This document shows positions 58,501 through 64,000 of a stretch of DNA of 64,000 bases, piece by piece; position 1 is the first letter of the stretch; each line of letters begins with the position of its first letter. The notes beneath the pieces are model-generated. The model saw only the letters and a list, made by a program, of their open reading frames with translations. It was not told the origin of the DNA and did no database searches. Made by a program: the position numbers and the translations under genes. The stretch spans positions 704,001-768,000 of the forward strand of contig CAWIBO010000002.1 of the NCBI GenBank assembly GCA_963834385.1. The letters are read 5' to 3'. Source of the stretch: an uncultured Verrucomicrobiae bacterium (lineage in GTDB: Bacteria > Verrucomicrobiota > Verrucomicrobiia > Chthoniobacterales > UBA10450).

Positions 58501-60251
58501 TCGCGCAGAAACACCGTTCCTTCTTCCGGCGCCGCCTCCAGCAGGCTCTGTTCGCAGAGCCGGGCATAACGCCCTTCCAGCGCGAGCAGCTCCTCGTGCG
58601 TGCCCCGTTCCACGATCTCGCCCCGTTCCAGGAGCAGGATCTGGTCGGCCTTCACGATCGTGGAAAGCCGGTGCGCAATCACAATCGAGGTCCGGTGAAA
58701 CATCAGGTGCTCGAGCGCTTCCTGAATCAGGCGCTCGGTCGCGGTGTCCACGCTGGCGGTGGCCTCATCCAAAATCAGGATCGGCGGATCCTTCAGCAAA
58801 GCGCGCGCAATCGAGAGCCGCTGCTTTTCCCCCACGCTCAACTTGACCCCGCGTTCGCCCACCCGGCTGCTCAAGCCTTCGGGAAGACGCTCAATAAAGG
58901 CCCGGGCATTGGCCGCATCGATGGCTTCCCAGAGCTCCCCGTCCGACGCGCCCGGGCGCCCCATGAGGAGGTTCTCGCGGATGGTGCCGTTGAAGAGGAA
59001 ACTTTCCTGCGTGACCACGCCAATGGCCTCCCGGAGCTGGCGCTTGCCGTACTCGCGCAAAGGCCGGCCATCCACCAGGATCTCGCCCCCGTCGAACTCG
59101 TAAAACCGCGTCAGCAGATTGACCAGGGTCGATTTGCCCGCCCCGGTCGTTCCCACCAGCGCGATGGTCTCCCCGGGACGCGCTTTCAGGCTGATTCCGG
59201 AAAGGGCGGCCAGCCCTTCGCCGTAGGAAAAGTTGACCTCACGAAATTCGATCTCACCGCGGGTCGGCTTGACGGCGGAATCGTGCTCCAGGCCGGGCTC
59301 AACCACCGCGTCGAGGATATCGAAGACCCGTTCACCGGCGGCACGTCCGGCCTGCAGCAGTTGGTTCAATTGATGCAATTTCCCGATCGGCTCGTAGAGA
59401 AAGCCGGTCAGCATCAGGAACGCCACCAGGTCGCCCAGTTGCATGGTCCCGGCGAGGACCATGCGCGCGCCCACCGCCACCACCGCGAGAATGCCGAGCG
59501 AGCCGAAAAGGTACATCGACGGGTGATAGACGGCCCAGACGCGCATGACCGTGAGAGTGGCCCGCCGGAGCTGGTCGCTCACGGCGTTGAACCGCAGATG
59601 CTCGGCCGATTCCCGCACGAAACTCTTGATCTGGCGCACGCCGGCAAGGTTGTCGTGCAGGAGCGAGTTCATGGCCGAGGCGGCCTTGCGCTGCGCCCGG
59701 TAGCGCCGGTGCGCCGTCAGGGTGTAAAGCATCGTCCCGGCCACCAGCAGCGGGAGCGGCGAAAGGCCGATCAAGGCCAGTTGCGCGGAGACATAAAACA
59801 TCACGGAGAGGACGATCACCACCTGGAGCAGGGCGACCAGCCCCTGCTCCACGCCATCGATCAGGACGCGTTCCACCGCGGCCACGTCCTCGATCACGCG
59901 CGTCATGACATCGCCGGTGGCCCGGTTGTCGAACCAGCGCAACGGCAACTGCTGGATGTGCGAGTAAAGATCGCTGCGCAGATCGAAGATGACCCGCTGT
60001 TCAAAGGTGTTGTTCAGGATGATCCGGATCGCGTTCAGCCCGTGTTGCAGGACAAACGCTCCCGCCGCCAGCCAGATCAGGGGCATGAGCCGGTCCGGCC
60101 GGTTTTGATGCAGCACCTCGTCCACCACCAGCTTCGTTACCGCCGGAAAGACGATCACCATCATGGTGCTGGCAATGGCACAGGCCAGCGTCCCCAGCGC
60201 AATCGCCGGGTAACGCTTCAGATAGGCGAATACTCTCCAGACTGTTTTCAT
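58497..60251 (-). CDS. ABC transporter ATP-binding/permease protein
   Basis: TM domain, GTTGAGKS, LSVGEKQR, ILILDEATASVD, IAHRLST. Confidence 0.95.
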   Translation of the reverse strand: MKTVWRVFAYLKRYPAIALGTLACAIASTMMVIVFPAVTKLVVDEVLHQNRPDRLMPLIWLAAGAFVLQHGLNAIRIILNNTFEQRVIFDLRSDLYSHIQQLPLRWFDNRATGDVMTRVIEDVAAVERVLIDGVEQGLVALLQVVIVLSVMFYVSAQLALIGLSPLPLLVAGTMLYTLTAHRRYRAQRKAASAMNSLLHDNLAGVRQIKSFVRESAEHLRFNAVSDQLRRATLTVMRVWAVYHPSMYLFGSLGILAVVAVGARMVLAGTMQLGDLVAFLMLTGFLYEPIGKLHQLNQLLQAGRAAGERVFDILDAVVEPGLEHDSAVKPTRGEIEFREVNFSYGEGLAALSGISLKARPGETIALVGTTGAGKSTLVNLLTRFYEFDGGEILVDGRPLREYGKRQLREAIGVVTQESFLFNGTIRENLLMGRPGASDGELWEAIDAANARAFIERLPEGLSSRVGERGVKLSVGEKQRLSIARALLKDPPILILDEATASVDTATERLIQEALEHLMFHRTSIVIAHRLSTIVKADQILLLERGEIVERGTHEELLALEGRYARLCEQSLLEAAPEEGTVFLRD

Positions 60252-60307
60252 TTTTCTGCCGGCCAGCGGGCCGGCATTACTATACGCCAATTTACGCCCG
60301 CCGGACG

Positions 60308-60646
60308 TTACCGCCCGCCCGCCCGCGGTGCCCGCGCCATTTTCACGGCCGGCTTGAAGCCGGGCGGCTTGGTCCTGATCCAGGCGATGAACCGTGCCAG
60401 CCCGGGATGCGACCGCAAGCGCTCCACCGTTTCATAGCCGCGCTCCAGTTCCTTCTCCGTCAGGAAATGGTGAATCTGCGAATGACACGGACGGCAAAGA
60501 CCAACCACCTGCCGAACCGTCGCCCGGTCAAAGAGGCGCTTGTTTCTTTTGTTGTGGTGCCGGGCCCGGGGCACCAGGTGATGCCGTGTCAGGAGTCTCC
60601 CGCGCTCGCAAAGGGCGCACGGCCCCAAGCCTTCAAATTTGGCCAC
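60308..60646 (-). CDS. Small HNH-like protein
   Basis: CALC..LTRHHLVP..LCRPCH.QIH. Confidence 0.78.
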   Translation of the reverse strand: MAKFEGLGPCALCERGRLLTRHHLVPRARHHNKRNKRLFDRATVRQVVGLCRPCHSQIHHFLTEKELERGYETVERLRSHPGLARFIAWIRTKPPGFKPAVKMARAPRAGGR

Positions 60647-60676
60647 GATTCCCGACAGGACCGCCGGCTGGCGGCA

Positions 60677-61596
60677 TCACGCCTGACCTCCACCCGCCCC
60701 GGCCCGACCCGGGAAAGTGAGTTCGGCGATGCCTGATTTATCCAGCTCGCCCAGGCCTTCCCGCACCAGGCGATCGGTCCTGCTCCCTCGTGGCGCGGGC
60801 CAGCGGCAGAGTCAGGCCGGCCTCCTCCGCCAGGGCGAGGGCAATCCCGCTGTCCTTGGCCGCGTGCGCCGCCGAGAAAAAACAGGCGTGATCGCGTTTC
60901 TGCATATCCTCGCCGTCGGTCTCGAGCACGCGGGACGCGGCCCCGGTCTGCGCAAAAACCTCGCGCAGCATGTTGAGATCGAGGCCAAGGGCGGTGCCCA
61001 GACCGAGCCCCTCGGCGAGCCCGGCCGTGTTGATGTTCATCACCATGTTCACCAGGGCCTTGACCCGGGCGGCGTCTCCCGCCTTCCCGATGTATCGGAT
61101 GGTCGAGCCGAGGTCGCGCAGGAGCGGCTCGGCCCGGTCGAACACTTCGCGCCGGCCGCCGCACATCAGGTAAAGCGATCCCTCGCGCGCCTGCGTGATG
61201 CTCGAGGCCATGCACGCCTCCAGCGCGGACGCCCCGTGCTCCTCCACCAGCTTCTCCATCTCTTCATGGACCCGCGGTGAAACGGTTGCGCAGTTGATGA
61301 ACAACCGGCCGCGCGCATTGAGGAGAAGGTTCCCGGCGGGGTCGGAAAAAATGCCGCGCATCGCCCGGTCATCCGTCACCACCGTGATGATGACGTCCGC
61401 CGCCGCCGTGACCTCGGGGAGAGTCGGGCTGGCGGACGCGCCGATCTCCTGCGCCAGGTCCGTAGCCGCCTTCCGGTTTACATCATAAACGGCGGTAACG
61501 TGCCGGCCGCGCTCCCGCAACCTGCGCGCCATGTTCGCGCCCATCCGTCCCACCCCCACCACCGCCGATGTTCATGCCGGTCCCGTCTTCCTTCAT
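60677..61596 (-). CDS. NAD(P)-dependent oxidoreductase (3-hydroxyisobutyrate/6PGD family); frameshifts near both ends
   Basis: GVGRMGANMARRL, VKALVN, AAKDS; shifted tail GLGELDKSGIAEL. Confidence 0.85.
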
Positions 61597-62433
61597 TCTT
61601 CCTTCTCTTTTTGCGCTGCAAAAAACGGGTTGTTCGCCTTCTCGTGCGCCACGGTCGTGAGCGGCCCGTGCCCCGGGCAGATGATCGTCTCGCCCGGCAG
61701 AGTCATGATCTTTTCAAGGTTGGTTTCCAGCGCGTCCCGGTAGGAAACCGCGCCGCCCCCCATGGAGCCGGCGAAGACAGCATCGCCCACCACGGCCAAC
61801 GGTTGTTTTCCCAGGCCGCGGATAAAATAGGTCATGCCGCCGCGGGAATGTCCCCAGGTCAGCAAAGATTGAATGCGCAACGGCCCGACTTCAAACTCGC
61901 GCCCTTCCTCGATCCCCTCCGCCCCCGGCACCATTTCGCGCGACGAAATATGGACCGGTGCACCGGTCGCGTCCCGCAGCCGTCCGAGGTCGGCCACGTG
62001 GTCCCGGTGCGCGTGCGTCAGAAGAATCAGGCGGACCTCGAGGTTCTGGGCCTTGATTGTCGCCAGCATCTCGGTGCAGTCCGCCCCGGTATCGAAAGCC
62101 ACGGCCGCCCGCGTCTTCGGATCCCAGACCAGGAACGCGTTCACCGTCATGTCGTCAAAAGGCGTGTTGAACATGGCGAACCCGTCCGGCGGCCGGACCG
62201 GCGGCGGCGCGTAGTTTCCCTCCGCCAGGGCCACCAGGGCCCGCCCGGCCAGGTTCAGCACCGGCGCGATGCGCCAAAGCATCATTTCGTCGAGCTCTCC
62301 CCCGCCGGATCTTCCGGACCTGGTCTGATTTCACCCGCGCTTTCTCCGCCAGTTGACCGTCGGAAATGCCCAGCCCGCGCTGCGCCTTCCCAATCACGTC
62401 CACCGCGCCGTCTTCCACCGGGATTGTTTTCAT
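61593..62433 (-). CDS. MBL-fold metallo-hydrolase with N-terminal HTH-like domain; frameshift near 62298
   Basis: DTG, LTHAHRDH, GHS.GG, GDAVFAGS, PGHG; N-terminal IGKAQRGLGISDGQLAEKA. Confidence 0.85.
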
Positions 62434-63086
62434 GTCAGTGCCGCCTCCTTTGTCGTGCGCAAGGCGTGGATTCGCCCTGTCGCCAAGGCCGACATGCTGC
62501 CGGCCATTTCCGCCACCGTAAACGTCTTTCCCGTTTCCTCTTCCAGCGAGGTCATGACCACGTCACTGATCCCGCAGGGCACGATCTGGGCAAAGGCCGA
62601 GAGATCGCCGCCCACGTTCAGGGCAAACCCGTGCATCGTGATCCAGTGCCGCACCCCCACGCCGATGGAGGCGATCTTGCGCCGCCCGACCCACACGCCG
62701 GTCAGGCCCTCGCGCACCCCGGCCGCGACCCCCTGCCCGCGCAGCGCCTCGCACAGCAATTCCTCCAGCCAGCGCAGATAACGATGCAGATCCTGACCGC
62801 ACCGCCGGAGATCGATGATCGGATAACCGACAAGCTGCCCGGGCCCATGATAGGTCGCCTGCCCGCCGCGGTTCACCGGAAAAAGCGGATGCGGCAAATG
62901 AGCCGCGCCAAGCAGGCTGGAACGGTCCGGGGTGCGTCCAATCGTGTAAACCGGATCATGCTCGAGCAGCAACAGCTCGTCCGGGCGGCCCGGCTCCGCC
63001 CGTTTTGCCGCCACCAGTTCTTCCTGCAGAGCCAGCGCCTCGGCGTAGGCCACGCGCCCGAGCCATCGCGTTTCCAGACCGCTCAT
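62430..63086 (-). CDS. lipB: Lipoyl(octanoyl) transferase
   Basis: LEHDPVYTIG, RGGQATYHGPGQLVGYP, KIASIG, HGFALN, IVPCG. Confidence 0.96.
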   Translation of the reverse strand: MSGLETRWLGRVAYAEALALQEELVAAKRAEPGRPDELLLLEHDPVYTIGRTPDRSSLLGAAHLPHPLFPVNRGGQATYHGPGQLVGYPIIDLRRCGQDLHRYLRWLEELLCEALRGQGVAAGVREGLTGVWVGRRKIASIGVGVRHWITMHGFALNVGGDLSAFAQIVPCGISDVVMTSLEEETGKTFTVAEMAGSMSALATGRIHALRTTKEAALT

Positions 63087-63586
63087 ATCTGCGCTCCCGC
63101 CGGCATTCCCGCCCGCACCGCTTCCTGCGCCCGCAAATGGGCCAGCCCGATCGCGAGCGCGTCCGCCGCATCCGCGCTCGGCGTTTCCGTCAGGCCAAGC
63201 AGCGCGCGCACCATGAAAGCCACCTGCGCCTTGCCCGCGCCGCCCCGGCCGACCGCACTCTGTTTCACCCGCGTCGGCGCATACTCGAATACCGGCAGCC
63301 CGCGTTCCGCCGCCGCCAGCATGGCCGCGCCCCGCGCCGCCCCCAGCAGAATGGCCGTGCGATGGCTTTGCACATAAATCACCGCCTCCATCGCGCAGCA
63401 GTCCGGCTCGAATTCCTGGATCAACTCCGCCAGGCGATCGCGGATCGCCACCAAACAGGAGGAGGATTTCAACTTCGCGTGGTTCTGGATCGTGCCAAAG
63501 TGCAGCGCCCGCGGGGAGGTCCCGTTCCCGTCGACGATCGCCACCCCGGTGCTCCGCAGGGAGGCGTCAATGGCCAGCACGCGCAT
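63083..63586 (-). CDS. ruvC: Holliday junction resolvase RuvC
   Basis: RVLAID, ME, LGAARG, EYAPTRVKQ, GKAQVAFMV, DAADALAI. Confidence 0.94.
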   Translation of the reverse strand: MRVLAIDASLRSTGVAIVDGNGTSPRALHFGTIQNHAKLKSSSCLVAIRDRLAELIQEFEPDCCAMEAVIYVQSHRTAILLGAARGAAMLAAAERGLPVFEYAPTRVKQSAVGRGGAGKAQVAFMVRALLGLTETPSADAADALAIGLAHLRAQEAVRAGMPAGAQI

Positions 63587-63688
63587 GCCCCAGCTTAGGT
63601 TCCGTCTCCGCCCCGGCAAGCCCCGGCTGGGGCCGCACCCCTCAGGAAATTGCAGCGGTTCACGTCCGCCACTAAAGATACTTCTCCC

Positions 63689-64000
63689 ATGCCCCGCGAA
63701 TACACCCTGCACCGACCCCAGGCCGACCGCGGGATCAGGATCGATTACGCCGCCGAGTTGAACGAGCAGCAACACGCCGCCGTGACCGCGCCCCCCGGCC
63801 CGCAGCTCGTCATCGCCGGCGCCGGCTCGGGCAAGACCCGCACCCTCACCTATCGCGTCGCTTATCTCCTCGAGAACGGCGTCGACCCGCGCAACATCCT
63901 CCTCCTCACCTTCACCAACAAGGCCGCGCGCCAGATGCTCGACCGCGTGGCCGCCCTGCTCCCCCTCGACGCCAGCGGCATCTGGGGCGGCACCTTCCAT
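63689..64000 (+). CDS. UvrD/PcrA-family helicase (5' part, runs off window end)
   Basis: [41 protein letters not shown]. Confidence 0.92.
   Translation, partial: MPREYTLHRPQADRGIRIDYAAELNEQQHAAVTAPPGPQLVIAGAGSGKTRTLTYRVAYLLENGVDPRNILLLTFTNKAARQMLDRVAALLPLDASGIWGGTFH

Overview
GC-rich bacterial chromosome segment around dnaA/dnaN. Gene content (UBact-proteasome, futalosine enzyme MqnC, SahR-type regulator) suggests Verrucomicrobiota, Chthoniobacterales-like; this is an inference. Most genes are housekeeping: uvrC, folD, ubiX, bioF, mtnP, miaB, dnaN, dnaA, def, two TonB/ExbBD sets, aspS, hisS, galE, mscL, leuS, rdgB, metK, ahcY, glpX, mqnC, bamA, skp, lipB, ruvC and uvrD. About a dozen genes carry single-base frameshifts, most likely long-read consensus errors. 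Main observation: the essential leuS gene carries a ~750-bp insert in its editing-domain region. The insert is a REP-associated tyrosine transposase (RAYT, HUH/Y1) domain flanked on both sides by inverted REP doublets (GGAG foot plus palindrome), and the LeuRS frame is the same before and after it. Other small repeat-bounded elements also sit in housekeeping loci: (1) a four-helix-bundle gene enclosed by a 31-bp heptamer-built inverted repeat running exactly from the metK stop codon to the ahcY start codon; (2) gene-less heptamer hairpins, one translated inside leuS; (3) a hicAB-type cassette between two diverged copies of the ahcY 3' end plus terminator. No rRNA, tRNA or CRISPR array was recognised.
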